A stretch of DNA of 64,000 nt from Haliotis rufescens (Eukaryota), in contig NW_025964372.1 of NCBI RefSeq assembly GCF_023055435.1, positions 28,024,001 through 28,088,000 on the forward strand, given 5' to 3'. Under the pieces are notes generated by a model that did not search any database, had not been told where the DNA came from, and saw only the letters and a list, made by a program, of their open reading frames with translations. Shown in pieces: positions 37,360 through 51,527 of the stretch. Position 1 is the first letter of the stretch. Each line of letters starts with the position of its first letter. The translations under genes were made by a program, and so were the position numbers.

Positions 37360-38870
37360 ATTTGCAGCCATGTTAGTCTACAACGGAACAACAAAACAAC
37401 AGAATCAGTCATTGGTTTGACGAAGAGAACAGTTTATATGAAGAAGAGGCTTGATATAGAAAGGTTATAGAGCCACAGATTATGTTTGGTACTTAGTTAA
37501 AAAGTATTAATTTTGTTCATTGATTCTAAGGCTTTTGACAGTGCACAACATCACCTGTTAAAATATGTACATGTACTTCTACTATTAGAGCATTAATAGC
37601 AAGTGTTTTGGGGTGATTTTATCCGTGTACAGACAACTAAAATCATGTGTACCAGTTGGTAGATATATTAACATAATCCGAGTTCTTTGATGGTAGGTGG
37701 GTCCTAGGCAAGGTTGTATGATCAGGCACACACTATTTACTTTGTTTCTAAATGATCTTGTTAAACTAATACAGCACATAGATGTTTGCTGATGATATTG
37801 TGAATACTAGTTAAACTGTTGTTATATTACAGGAACAGACTGTGAAGCAGGCTTTTGGGACGAATATATTATGAATATACATGTATATTTAGACAAGATA
37901 CAGGTTACTGTGTTTCGCGGAGTAGTCAAACAAACTAAAAATAGTGATTCAAAGGTTAAAAACCTGAAATTGTATAAACATACAAGAATTTGTTTTTCTT
38001 ATTCAAAGTTATCATGGGGTTTCACTAGAAATACTTAAGCACAACAAGCTGAAAAGCCATGACTATTCTGCTCAAATATACTATATAAAATTATGACAAT
38101 CGCTATAATAAAATCTCTGTTTTTGTTTGCCAGAATGATTGTGCCAGTCCTTTTTTATGGATCAGGTTTATGGGGTTATGAAGTCCTATCAGTGGAAAGT
38201 GTACGCATTAAGTTCGTAAGAATAATATTGTCAGTTAACACAAATACAAATAATGCAGCTGTAAATGGTGACACAATAGAATATGTAATATGTGTGTCAG
38301 GATAAATTTCTTAATGTTTGACTCCAGGCAATAAATGTTATTGCGTATGGTGAATGTGGTCGTTGCCCTTTGTATCTTAACGCTCTGTGTAGAGGTGTTA
38401 TTTAACTGAAACTGATAGAGATGTATGATGGTAGGATACTGAGAAAAGCTAACAATATGCTTTCATGATATAATTCTGGATAAAATAATTATGTGGCAAA
38501 TATGTTCGATCTTTGTTATTTTCAAACGGATTTGGATTTGTGTGTTTATCCCAATCAGTTAGTGATAAAGTAGCTTTTCTTAAGGTATTTAAACATGCAC
38601 GGATAAATATGGATTTGCAGTCCTGGAATAACATCTTAAACAATAGTTCCAGGTACAGACTGTATAGACTGGTTTAACTATAAAAAAATATCTATCTGTA
38701 ATCTAAGACAAGAAACATCGTAACATGATCATTTGACTTAGAATATTACACACCGAAAATGTTCTGTCAATATCCAACCCTGAATAAGTGTCAAATGCTA
38801 CTATGTGGAAATTGTGAATTATTTCTGAAGAAACTATGTAAATTTGTGTCGCAAAGAGACAGAGAGTTTA
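37360..38870 (+). mobile_element. Decayed LINE (RT) relic
   Basis: Broken motifs KAFDS, GPRQGC, LFLNDL, MFADDIV and GECGRCPLY. Duplicated at ~44200-45830. Confidence 0.7.
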
Positions 38871-38872
38871 TA

Positions 38873-39468
38873 TACTCAACAACAAAAGTTCCTGTGACAC
38901 CAATAGGTTAGTGTATTTTTTAAACAAGTACAGTTTGGTTTTCAATATTGTAGTACATGTATGGAATCAAGTCACAAAAACGCAACTGCTACAGAAAAGC
39001 ATACATGTACATTCCATGCAAAAGTTGACTTTTATGCAAGCCCCATGCATTTCACTACCCAAGAATGGGTATGCGTTTACTGGATTCCATATGCATTGTT
39101 AAGCATCGCGCTGACAAAAAACACTTAGAAAAACAACAAAATTACGCAATTATTCAACATTACGAAATGCCACGTCTGTCCGAAAATGAGCATCTGCGAG
39201 CTATTGGTATGCTTGAAACAGGATCGAGTCAATGTGATGTTGCAAGGCAATTTAACGTCCACAGAAACACCATTTGGTGTTTATGGCAACGTTGGCAACA
39301 GACGAATGCAGTCAGAGACCATCCTCGGAGTGGCAGGCCACGCTGAACCAGTAATCGACAACACTACTGGATTCGAACAACACACCTACGAAATCGATTC
39401 CAGCCAGCAACAGTGACTGCAAGAAGCATCCCTGGCCTTCGACGAATATCTTCATAAACCGTACGTCT
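38873..39468 (+). mobile_element. 5' fragment of a Tc1-like DNA transposon with transposase pseudogene (ATG 39167)
   Basis: Begins at a TA. Translates as MPRLSENEHLRAIGMLETGSSQCDVARQFNVHRNTIWCLWQRWQQTNAVRDHPRSGRPR*TSNRQHYWIRTTHLRNRFQPATVTA, i.e. the paired-like HTH and GRPR motif of Tc1 transposases. It has in-frame stops and no DDE domain. Confidence 0.85.
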
Positions 39469-39585
39469 TCTGTTGGGTATGCACCCTTCCCTGGACCCTG
39501 TCATCATGAGCACTTCCTTATTTCACTAATGATAATGACACTAAGTGTATTACGCCATTATTACGTTGTGAGGTCGGCTCCTACG

Positions 39586-39622
39586 TATATAAACTGTGAT
39601 TCGCAATCACTGGTCATCATTC
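39586..39622 (+). promoter_or_regulatory. TATA box + initiator of gene E
   Basis: TATATAAA then TCATTC, CCACCATGG start context. Confidence 0.6.
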
Positions 39623-39638
39623 GATCCAATCTTCCACC

Positions 39639-42600
39639 ATGGTCTTCATCGTGTGCTTAGCGGCTCTCTTCGCAGTGGCGAAAGCCAATAATTTCGGTAA
39701 GTATATATACATCATATGCATCATGTCTTAAACTAAGTGCCCAGAAAGCTTAGAATTGTTGAAATTGAGATGTCGTACATACAACACGGTGAAATATCAT
39801 TCATTCTCCAATCCAAATATGCAAGTTTGGCTTTAAAACAGTGCGTTTCAATACTAATTCTTCTCTTGCATACCCAGGCTACAACATCGCCCTGAATCGC
39901 CCCACCGGCTCCAGTAGTGTCTTCGTCAACGGTGTGCCCCCCATCACCGCCAACTCAAACCTCGCCGTCGACGGCAACTTCAACTCGGACTTCTTTGGCG
40001 GCTCATGTTTCTCTAGCGCTGATGTGGCGACAGATCCCAACCCCTTCTGGTTCGTGGATCTGGGTGCCCGCCGCTACGTGTCTGGCCTCACCCTCACCAA
40101 CAGGGGCGACTGTTGTGGTAAGTTAAAGACTCTACATCTATACCAGTTTACATTGCCATTCTTGAACCTATTGGATATATTACAATTCTAAACACATCCA
40201 CCACAAAGCATTTAAATGAAATAAGCTCAGCAGAAAGTTCTTCTAAGCATTGGGTAATGACAAGAATCAAATCCAAATATTCAGTGTAGGTGTTTTTCAT
40301 CAAATATAGGTGTATTTGAACATATGGGTTCCTTATCAATATCCATATCTATGTCAATTGGTCAAGGGGGCACATGTGTCCCAGTCGTCTGAGGCCCCAC
40401 GATTCGCTGTGCAGAGTTGCGTCCCTTGGGCACGTCAGAAACCTATGATTGTGGGTTCGAATTCCAGTTCGCCCCGATTATGTTTCTAGGTTTGTCAGCA
40501 CCATACCCGTGCTCGTGGGTTTCACCGAAGTGGTAAACGTGTGAGACCTAAATCACTTCGGGCTTTCCTCCCACATTAAGCTGACACGCTGTGGTATAAC
40601 TTGAATAATGTTAAAAGCGGCGTTAAACCCAACTCACTCACTCACTCTAACATGGGAAACTTACAACCCCTCTTGTTGACATCCGCCGCTCAACGTCCTC
40701 AGTCCACCCATGCCCGACACATTACAAACTATCAAACCAGTTTTGTTCATTGGATAATGACAGGAATATAATCAAAATATGCCGTATGTTTCTATCATCA
40801 AATATAATTGTATGTGAACACTTCAGTTATATCTATGTCACTATGACAAACAAATTATTCATTATATACTTATAACTACCCTGGGTGATCATATGGCGTC
40901 ACGAGATCAATCAACCAACACCATTGATAAACGTTCACGTGTCTATATATCCTGAACAAAAAAAGTAAAATGTGACAGATTACAAATAAGGATTGAAAGA
41001 CAACTTTGTAATATATTATATACGTCAGGTGTCATGAATATTTTGGGGGATATTTTTTATAGTGAAGACTGAGCACACAATTTCATAAAATACCCGCCAC
41101 AATATTCATGATTCCCAATGTCCTTTGTTCCATGTATTACAAAGTTGTCTTTAAATCCTTACTTGTAATCTATTTCATTTTACTTTGAGAAGAAATCTCC
41201 CCGAACCTGACAACTCCGAAAGGAAGGATTTGAATGAATACATTCTTCAGTTTGGGACAAAATGAATCACATAGCCATAGCTTACGACATTCGACTCTAA
41301 CATTCGTAGCATTTGATCTGCAGATCCCATTGTACATGCCATTAAGTCATTCCAAGACCGCACTGTCAAGAGATTTGTTTTACCAAGTGGCTACCTCGGC
41401 ATACATATAAGAGAATCGACATAGAATAAACTATATGTGTAAATCAAAGAAACCCTGCTGTTGTGTTATTGTGATTTGAGGAATGACATCTTCTATCGTC
41501 TTTTACAGCTGATCGTCTGAGTGGTCTGACAATCGAAGTCTTTGAATTCAATCCGACCACCAGTTCCGAGACTCCCGAGTTCTGCTCCATGGTCATTGGT
41601 GGAGTGGCCCTCGGTCAGACTGTTTCACTCTCCTGCTCTCCGATGGTGACTGGACGCTACGTCCGTATCAGAAAACCCGCCGCCACCGCCCCGCTCACTA
41701 TCTGCGAGGTCGTTGTTTCCGGAGGCAACTTCAATAGTATGTATCCTTTGTCCTATATGAAACCATTTACATTTACATTCAGCGACGGTACTACCGTACT
41801 ATGTGTGCGAGTCCTATGATTTATTAGAAAACGGTATTCAGTTATGTACATTACTCATGCAGTAAGGGAAGGGCAGTTCTTAAAAATGTTACTTAGTTAT
41901 TATTGCTGGTTTGGGTCTGAGAGCTACATTTGTATTATATAAACATATAGATATGGACTCCAAACTTGGTAAACTTGTTCAGTCGTATTAAACATTGAAA
42001 TCAGTCAGTCAGACCTTCATCAGCAGCCAGGTACACTTTTCATTAAGCTTGATATTCATATGAACACGTTCTCTTTACTTTCAGATCAATTCAATAAATT
42101 TCCCTCCACCAACGTCGCCCTGAATCGCCCAGCGCGCGCTACCTCGCAGTTTACTTTCGCTGCCGCCAACCTGGTTGCCTCCCCTGGCCTGGCTGTGGAC
42201 GGCAACTTTGACAGCCAGTTCGTCACCGGAAGAAGCTGTTACTCCAGCGCCATTGGCGACACAAATCCCACCTTATACATCGACCTCGGCGCCTACTTCT
42301 ACATCAGCTCCGTCACCGTCACCAACAGGGGCGACTGTTGTGGTGAGCATTTTCACGTAGTTGTCTTGTGTTCAATTTCTCCACGCTAGAAATACACATC
42401 AAAGTTAGTTAAAAATGCTTATTTAGGTTCAGCATTATGTGTGTGTTTGAGTTGGGCTTAACGCTGTATTGAACAGTATTCAGTCATATCACGGCGTGTC
42501 AGATAAAGATTGTAGTGAAGCCCGAAGTGATGCAGGCCTCAGACGTTTACAACTCTCGTGAAACGTGACCATTATGATACATGTTAATATATTTTAGGAG

Positions 42601-43016
42601 TACACTGTAATTATATAGTCTTCTGATACGAAATGAGCATTTTCTTTACAATTCCAGCTGAACGCCTGCGCAACATCAACATCGAAACTCTTCTGAAAGA
42701 CCCCTACAGGTACCTGGAGTTCCCTAAACTTTGCGGCACCATCACTGGCAACGTCGCTGCAGGGGCTAACTTCACCGTCAACTGCTTTGCGCCCAATGTT
42801 GCCCGCTACATCAAGATCCAGAAGACTAGTATGGTTGACAGCAATGATCTCTTGACCCTCTGTGAAGTTCAAGTAACAGGAAGGTTCGCATCCCACAGCG
42901 AGGTCACCAACAAATCTGTTGACAACGACGTTGCTCAGGCTCTGGCTGCCAACGGAATTATTTCGAGTTCTGGATCCAACGTTAACATGGTTGGCATGGA
43001 AGGGGCTGTGAATTAA
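39639..43016 (+). CDS. Secreted tandem F-type lectin protein, paralogue E, 380 aa (recent duplicate of D)
   Basis: Exons 39639-39696, 39878-40117, 41509-41736, 42085-42342, 42658-43016, GT-AG, phase 1. AATAAA at 43142-43147. Confidence 0.92.
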
Positions 43017-43851
43017 TCTGACGAAACTGACGAAGAAGCACATAATAAACTTCACCAACGACGAAGGTCTGAAGTGAGAGCTTAAAGCACTTTTCATCGA
43101 AACAAGCCATGGATTGTTGTGGAGTTTCTGCTATGCGTCAAAATAAATGTGAAGGTTGAATACTGAAAGCGTTTTCTCGTGTGTAGATAAATTTATATAG
43201 AGACCCCAGCGTGCGTTTCCGTAGAATAAATATCATACATTAGGAAGACAAATTGTATTAAGCGAGTCTATAAATATTTATGATACGGAAACAAACGAGG
43301 GTAATAATATCTCTATCACATAATGGCATTCTTAATTTGCTTGTCAATGAAGAAGCTTCTTACAAATGAAATGTTTGAGTACCTCGTCTCATTTACCAGA
43401 TAGCGCAAAACGTTTTGCAGCAATGTTTGTCTACATAATCACCCACACATCAGAAAACAAATATCTACACTAATTGAGAACGTCGGTCAATAATTTAATG
43501 AGTAAGCAGATATTAAATCGATGACTGGAGCTTAAAGTAATTCCTGCTGAATGACTTCATTTGTATATTTATTGTATTATATGACACAAAGTTTATCGAT
43601 ACTGGTTTATTGCATCGATACACATAAAACGTCCATGGAAGAGAATAACCAGTCTTGATTATTCTCCGAAACAGATTCCATTTGGCGTAACTGAAAACAC
43701 ACTATCCATTAAATGATAAACAAAAGTCCGGTGTCATTCAAACGAAACACATACATGTATCTGATTTTGATTTTGTGTATTCAAAAGAGATCCATGTTAC
43801 ATTTACATTTATCTATTGCAAATTCAATTAAGCTACCCCCAACCTTCAGGT

Positions 43852-44002
43852 AGGGGCGGTCGGGTAGCCTTGTGGTTAAAGCGTTCGCTCGTCACGCCGA
43901 AGACCCGGGTTCGATTCCCGACATGGGTACAATGTGTGAAGCCCATTTCTGGTGTCCCCCGCCATGTTATTGCTGGAAAATTGCTAAAAGCGGCGTAAAA
44001 CG
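43852..44002 (+). mobile_element. Family C tRNA-SINE (duplicate of 37008-37158)
   Basis: Near-identical sequence and flanks. Confidence 0.85.
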
Positions 44003-44199
44003 TTTTATACATTGTTTGTAGAACATTTCAGCCACTCCTAGTTGGATATCATACAAAATATGGATTCATAACAAACTACTGCAGTGTGTATTTACATAAA
44101 TGTTTCTTATGAGCAGTATTCCTGGTGATTCCCAGCTCTACAGCACAAGAAGAACATATAAAATAATAGTCATTAAAGGGAAGAAGTCATAGTGCGCCA

Positions 44200-45830
44200 A
44201 ATGATTTGCAGCCATGTTAGTCTACAACGGAACAACAAAACAACAGAATCAGTCATTGGTTTGATGTAGAGAACAGTTTATATGAAGAACAGGCTTGATA
44301 TAGAAAGGTTATAGAGCCACATGTAATGTTTGGTGCTTAGTTCAAAAGTAGTAATTTTGTTCATTGATTCTAAGGCTTTTGACAGTGCACAGCACCACCT
44401 GTTAAAATATGTACATGTACAAGTATTTTGGGTGTTTCATCCGTGTACAGACAACTAAAATCATGTGTACCTGTTGTTAAATATATTAACATAATCCGAG
44501 TTCCTTGATGGTAAGTGGGTACTAGGCAAGGTTGTATGATCAGGCACACACTATTTACTTTGTTTCTCAATGATCTTGTTAAACTAATACAGCATATTGA
44601 TGTTTGCTGATGATATTGTGAATACTAGTTATACTGTTGTTATATTACAGAAACAGACTGTGAAGCAGGCTTTTGAGACGAATATGGTATGAATATATAT
44701 TTAGACAAGATACAGGTTACTGTGTTTCGCGGAGTAGTCAAACAAACTAAAATTTTTGGTTCAAAGGTAAAAAACTTGAAATTGTATAAACATATGTTTT
44801 TTTTATCCAAAGTTATCATGGGGTTTCGCTAGAAATACATAAGCACAACAAGCTGAAAAGCCATGACTATTCTGCTCAAATCTGTATATACAATTATGAC
44901 AATCGCTATAAAAAAATCTCTGTTTTTGTTTGCCAGAATGATTGTGCCAGTCCTTTATTATGGATCAGGTTTGTGGGGTTATGAAGTCCTATCAGTGGAA
45001 AGTGTACGCATTAAGTTCCTTAGAATAATATTGTCTGTTAACACAAATACAAATAATGCAGCTGTATATGGTAACGCGATAGAATATGTAATATGCGTGT
45101 AAGAATATATTTCTAAATGTTGGACTCCAGGCAATAAATGTTATTGCGTATGGTGAATGTGGTCGTTGCCCTTTATACCTGAACGTTATGTCTACAGGTG
45201 TTATGTAACTGAAATTGATAGAGATGTATGATGGTAGGATACCGAGAAAAGCTAACAATATGCTTTCATGATATAATTCTGGATAAAATAATTATGTGGC
45301 AAATATGTTCGATCTTTGTTATTTTCAAACGGATTTGAATTTGTGTGTTTCTCCCAATCAGTTAGTGATAAAGTAGCTTTTCTTAAGGTATTTAAACATA
45401 CACGGATAAACATTGATTTTCAGTCCTGGCATAACATCTTGAACAATAGTTCCAGGTACAGACTGTATAGACTGGCGTAACTATATTAAACAATTTCTAT
45501 CTGTAATCTCAGACAAGAAACATCGTAACATGATCATTAGCCTTAGAGCCGGATTGTTAAAACAGAAGGTAAATGAAGGTAGATGTTTAGGAATAGAGTT
45601 GTCGCTTCGCACATGTGCTGTATACAAACAGAACATGGTGTAGAACATGTATGACCTCAGGGAATATTACGTACCGAAAATGTACTGTCAATATCCAACC
45701 CTGAATAAGTGTCAAATGCCACTATGTCGAAATCGTGAAATATTTCTGAAGAACCTATGTACATTTGTGTCGCAAAGCTATGCCAAGAGACAGAGAGTTT
45801 ATATATGCAGGTTTACCGTGGCTGAATATG
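44200..45830 (+). mobile_element. Decayed LINE (RT) relic, longer copy
   Basis: Motifs EEQA, GTRQGC, MFADDIV and LRAGLLKQKVNEGR; retains a segment that is deleted in copy 1. Confidence 0.7.
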
Positions 45831-45936
45831 GGCCAATGGCCTTTATACGAAACAAAAACTTTACTTGACTTGACATGGTGAACCGGGTAGACTTCCCATT
45901 CATAGAACCTGCACGTTTAATTTAATAATATATACA

Positions 45937-46091
45937 AGGACGGTGGGGTAGCTGGTAGTTAAAGCGTTCACCCGTCACAAAGAAGACCCGGGTTCGATTC
46001 CCTATATGGGTACAACGTGTAAAACCCATTCTAGTGTTCCCCGCCCCTGCAATAGATGCTAAAAGCGGCGTAAAACCGTACTCACTCACTC
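45937..46091 (+). mobile_element. Family C tRNA-SINE
   Basis: A/B-box head and (ACTC)n tail. Confidence 0.75.
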
Positions 46092-46499
46092 GTTATAATA
46101 GTTGAAACTGTTATATGTCACGTGAAATAATAACATGATTAAATATCAAGTTTTGAAACACAGCAATGGGATTAAATCAATCTCTGTCATTTTATCCGAA
46201 ATTTCAAAAATGCTTCCACAGTGGGGATACATTAAAAAACCAAACTATAACCATTATTTGTATTTCCAAATAAGGGCATCCGATGAGCTTCCACTTTTCT
46301 TTTTGCGCTCTTTGTAATTATCGAAATCTTCACAGATCAAAGGTAACCAACGGGTGTTCAGATGTGCGTATTGATATTGGCTAAAAGTTTTTTTCCGCTG
46401 TCCTAACAAACGGTATCCCGGTCTCAACGCTCACTTGCGTTGGCCTGCAAATCGACTCACGACAGCTGATGAACCCAGCCGGGTAGAAGCCAGAGACAG

Positions 46500-46763
46500 A
46501 GTTTGTTGGTTGGTTGGTTAACTAAGTACTGAGCAATATTCCAGCTTTTGGACGGCGGTCTGTAGATAATCGAGTCTGGACCAGCCAGTCCAGTGATTGA
46601 CATCATGAACATCGACCCACGCAAATGAGATACGATGACATGCATCAACTAAGTTAACGTGTCTGACCAACCGACCCCGTTAGTCACCTCATCCGACAAG
46701 CATAGGTGCCTTTTACGGCAAGCATGGGTTGCTGAAGACCAATTCTAACCCGGATCTTCACGA
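46500..46763 (-). mobile_element. Family A SINE-like copy
   Basis: Matches the family A consensus. Confidence 0.8.
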
Positions 46764-47350
46764 GTGCCAGAGTGTAGTGCCTCTTCATCCGTTTTAGTGT
46801 TATACTATTAATGTAGGCATTTGTCCATCAGTCCGAGGTCTATACCATTTTATTTCAAAGTTGAAAGTAGTACTGAGAAAATCACTGGTGCATAAATGTG
46901 ATTGTTTAACACTGTAGGCATTTGTCACTGTCAGCATTAGTATTATCCTGGCCCGAGTCCTCACAGGGTGTGTATGCATGTAGTGTCGGGATAGGTCCCT
47001 GTCAGAACTACGACAGTCAAGCGATGAGAACATTTCGCAGTTTACAAACACGTAATGTTACATAGGCCCTGCTGATCTATACATTATAATTACTTGTTTT
47101 TAACGCCTACAGCAAGGAAATGCGATAATTAATTACTGTAAGTGTGTGTGTGACCACGTCCTGGGGGCTTGACGTCGCCTCCAAGAGTAATACATGCACG
47201 TGTGCGAGTGTGTGCGTGTGTGCGTGTGCGTGTGCGTGTGCGTGTGCGTGTGCGTGTATGGTTCCGTGTAGTAGTCCCGACTAATGCTGTTTTATAGTGT
47301 TGACCCTAGTGAGATATCATTCCGCAGTTTACATGGATACAACACAGACA

Positions 47351-47550
47351 TCGTAAGAGGCGACTAACGGGATCGGGTGGTCAGGTTCGGTGACTTGGTT
47401 GAAGCATGTCATCGTATTCCAATTGCGTGGATCGATGCTCATGATGTTAAGCAGTGGATTTTCTGGTCCAGACTCGATTATTTACAGACCGCCGTCATAC
47501 AGATGGAATATTGCAGAGTGCGGCGTTAAACAACAAACAAACAAACAGAT

Positions 47551-47606
<56 letters not shown>
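47351..47606 (+). mobile_element. Family A fragment followed by a (TG)n microsatellite (~47554-47606)
   Basis: Matches the consensus; pure TG run follows. Confidence 0.8.
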
Positions 47607-47611
<5 letters not shown>

Positions 47612-47769
47612 CGGCATATACTACGTAACATATATTTTTTTATTGTACATGTATACACATTAAGAGCGATATATTGGGCAAGTGTGTAATGCATACGTCA
47701 CAAACTTGATATATTGTATACACCAATTAGCTCAGTGAGCTTGAAACTGAAACTGAATCAGATTTGCTA

Positions 47770-49310
47770 TTGCCAACGCTAATCACACAAAATGTATATG
47801 TAATGCCCACAAACGTCAAAAAGAACGTTTTTGTTAGGAAACATTTATATTGTGAGCAGCCTCTTACAAAATGGAATCACAACTTTAAAATCATTATGGA
47901 TGCTGTCGAAGCATAGGCCCAAAAAATGACAAAAAGAGACGAGGAAGCTGTTGAAAGTCTTCCAAAGTGGTTTGAGTCAACGTATGATGTCCTTGGTAGA
48001 ATGGACAACCTGAAAAAGCGGAAACACAATGGGAATAAACCCACTCTGTCCCAGCCAGCTTTCATCCAAAGTCTGACATGCTCTACATGAAAAGTTTGCA
48101 GTTGTTCCAACTGACAAGGCTTCAAATAACGTAACCATTATATGTAAGAGTCACTACAGTGATATTGTGTGATCAAAGAACAATGTATAAGTGGCATTCC
48201 AAATAATATAACATGTTAAGCCAGTGTGTTAAATGAGTTGAAATCTGCCAAAACCACGCATCATTACTATCAACTTTTGACTTTTGAAAACCTAAAGACA
48301 TGTCCATTACTCATTTGTGCTGGATTCCAAAGCTCCATAAAAGTGCGTACAAAGAGCGATATATTGCTGGGTCACGCAAATGTACCATCCAATCCCTGTC
48401 TCAAACACTAACAATAATCCCTAATGCAATCAAGGAAAGACTTTCATTAATGGAATTCATATCATGTGGATTCTCAAAATCTCAAAAGATTTGTTTGCAT
48501 TTTTGCAATCTAAAAAAGAAGAAAGTTTATTTCTGTCAAATTTTTTTTTTGATATTTGCACACCATTATTCCACATGATAAACTTTAGGAAAAACTTCAT
48601 TCCATGATACATGAGGCATTTATTATTAAATATGTTGACCACAGATATAGTTAGTTACATGTCTATCTTCAGAGCGTCAGGCCAATTTGTCAAGCATTAA
48701 CGCTAATGTCATTTGACGTTTACTGAGAAAACATAGGTGAAATGCTGGACTTCCTCATTGATAACGTACATGTAGAATATGGGGGTAAGAGATTTACTCA
48801 AGAATTAGGCATCCCAATTGGAAGCAATTTTTCTCCTCTTCTTGCTTATCTGTTCCTTTATGCATATGAACAGGAATTTCTGCTCTGATTGGCAAAGTCA
48901 AAACAAAGCAAGTGTAACTAAAGCTTCAGGTTTATCGATGATCTGATATAGCCAATTCGCTTTTATTGATTTACTCACCTGAACTAGAAATTAAGGAGAC
49001 CAGTGACTCCGCCTCGTCTATTTCATATTGCGATCTATACATAAAGATTCAGTGTGACAAAACACTCTCCACGAGACTGTATGACAAGAGGGATCACGAC
49101 TTTCCAATAGTTAACTTTTTCTTTATATTGAGCAATATTCTACCAACCCCCGCCGTTGGTGTCTTCAAATTCACAATTAAAAGTACAATCGAGCATGTTC
49201 TTTGCACGAAGATTTCAAAGAGCGTACCACGACTCTAGCACAGAATCTCCATAACTATCAGGGCTAAAAGACCCCAGTAAAGCTTTCAGAAAGGTTTATA
49301 ACCAACAATT
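47770..49310 (+). mobile_element. Decayed Penelope-like retroelement RT region
   Basis: Broken frames give YIAGSRKCTIQSLS, FLIDNVHVEYG, GIPIGSNFSPLLAYLFLYAYE, FRFIDDL and IYSPELEIKET...LSTRLYDKRDHDFPIVNF. Confidence 0.75.
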
Positions 49311-49400
49311 ACAAAAGAAAAGTTATCAACATGCTCCTGGGCTGAAACCTGGTCATTTTATTCCTCATTGTAGGTCTACAGTATTTTGAAAGGAAAAGTG

Positions 49401-49555
49401 ACCCGTGAAGATCCGCTGTAGAATAGGTCTTCAGCAACCCATACTTGCCGTCAATGTCAATCACTGGTTTGTCTCGTCCAGACTCGATTATTTACAGACC
49501 ACCGTCATATAGCTGGAATATCGCTGAGTGCGGCGTTAAACAACAAACAAACAAA
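49401..49555 (+). mobile_element. Family A SINE-like copy (internally deleted)
   Basis: Both consensus ends are present. Confidence 0.75.
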
Positions 49556-49772
49556 CGATAAGAATAAAGTGAAGAATGACTTTCCTTTCAACTCCATAAT
49601 TTAAATAGACATCAAGATAGCCTATATATTCCATTTCAATATCATCATAATTTGTCAGTTATCCATAAGTCCATATAAATAAAGAATATGTAGTATATAT
49701 ATATGAAAGATTTCTTATCACTATTTAAAGGGGGACAAAGCAAAATATCTCAGTTTGTCGCATTGTACAAAC

Positions 49773-50041
49773 TGCATCGTCTTGACCTGCACTTGAAAGG
49801 GACACAAGGCTATGGTGCATCGTCTTGACCTAAACTTGAAAGGGACACAAGGCTATGGTGCATCGTCTTGACCTACACTTGAAAGGGACACAAGGATATG
49901 GTGCATGGTCTTGACCTACACTTGAAAGGGACACAAGGCTATGGTGCATCGTCTTGACCTACACTTGAAAGGGACACAAGGCTATGGTGCATCGTCTTGA
50001 CCTACACTTGAAAGGGACACAAGGCTATGGTGCATCGTCTT
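49773..50041 (+). repeat. 43-bp minisatellite (TATGGTGCATCGTCTTGACCTACACTTGAAAGGGACACAAGGC), ~6 units
   Basis: Near-perfect tandem units. Confidence 0.93.
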
Positions 50042-50585
50042 CCTTTCATTGCCGACCCTTTCGACCCTACAAGCTACGTTTGATGTAGAATCAATTGTAA
50101 CGCGGTATACCCTGTGCAGAAACCCAAGTAATAAGAAAATAATAGAAAATGACATTTTGGACAAAACGACATTGCCTCTATGGTTCGTGTTTGTTGATTT
50201 GACACATGCATCAGAGATGAGAGGCGATAATAAGTGCTTAACTAGCAATGTGCTTACACACTAGTATTTATTTGTTCTTCGGAACCTGTAGTGCAAATAT
50301 GGTGGACGAATATGTCTTTGAAAGTCCGCATTTGTACACCGTTGTGAACAGTGTTTCAGTACCTGCACGGCGGGCCAGCCTTTTGGATAAAACAACAAAG
50401 TGACGCAGATTGTCGAGTTCCCATTTAGCCGAAACCCAGGTACATTGTATGCTGCTGACAAACTTCGACACATTACCAGGGCGTATTTGAGACACGAACC
50501 AACTACAAGGAGACCAATGTAGGACTAGTGGAGCCAACCTAGATCGTAAGGTTATCTGTATCAGGATAACTCATTACTGATGAAA

Positions 50586-50805
50586 CCCGTGACGAACCGG
50601 GTAGAATTGGTCTTCAGTAACCCAATGCATGCTTGTCGTAAGAGGCGACTGACAGGATCGGGAGGTCAGGCTCGATGACTTATCTCAATTGTGGAGATCG
50701 ATGCTCATGATATCAATCACTGGGTTGTTTTGTCCAGACTCGACTATTTACAGACCGACGTCATATAGTTTGGATATTGCTGAGTGCGGCATTCAACGAC
50801 AAACA
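50586..50805 (+). mobile_element. Family A SINE-like copy
   Basis: Diverged match to the consensus. Confidence 0.7.
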
Positions 50806-51527
50806 ATTGATCAAATGTTCTTCGAAACTTCTATCCCATAGTGCAAATATGGTTGACGAATGACGTATGGAAGAAAAGAAAAATATCTCTTTGAAAATAG
50901 GCATTTTTTAACCGCTGTGAACAGTTTTTCAGTTACATCATGTGTGAGCATATTAGAGAAAACGCGAAAGTGACGCAGATTGTAGAGTTGCCATTTAGGC
51001 GAAACTCTGTTACAGTGTATACTCCTGACTTAAAAATGACTATAACAAAGGCGATTACACGACCATCAAACCCTTGCACGACGAGTTGGTCCACCTTAGA
51101 TCACAAGGAAATTTATAAGGGGATAACACATTACCAACGAAAACTGTACTAGATTCTTAAAAAACAACTCCAGTCAATGATTATAATCAATATTTATTCC
51201 CTTCAGCAGCATGTTATATGTTATGCAAACAGTAAACATGGAAATACACACTAGTCGTTTTAATTTCTGGATAACAGAAGAAAGAAACGTTCTTATATAT
51301 ACGTTCGTATACACACTGAGAAACGCTGGCGAGGTATATTAAATGCTGTGAATTCAAAACTCTGTAAAATAGCCTGATTTTTAATAATAATACGCTTTCT
51401 TGCGTTTTATAAAACATGTCTATAAGTCATAACAAGGTAAACTGCGAAATTGTGTTCACTGAATGACATAAATATATTTTAAAGAAATATCTTTGATTTA
51501 GTCAACGGACACGTTGATCAGGCCTCC

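Larger units (their letters stand above)
32418..38872 (+). repeat. Segmental duplication copy 1 (gene D block)
   Basis: Promoter, introns, 3' flank, SINE and LINE relic all align closely with 39470-45805. Confidence 0.9.
39470..45805 (+). repeat. Segmental duplication copy 2 (gene E block)
   Basis: Aligns with 32418-38872. Confidence 0.9.
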
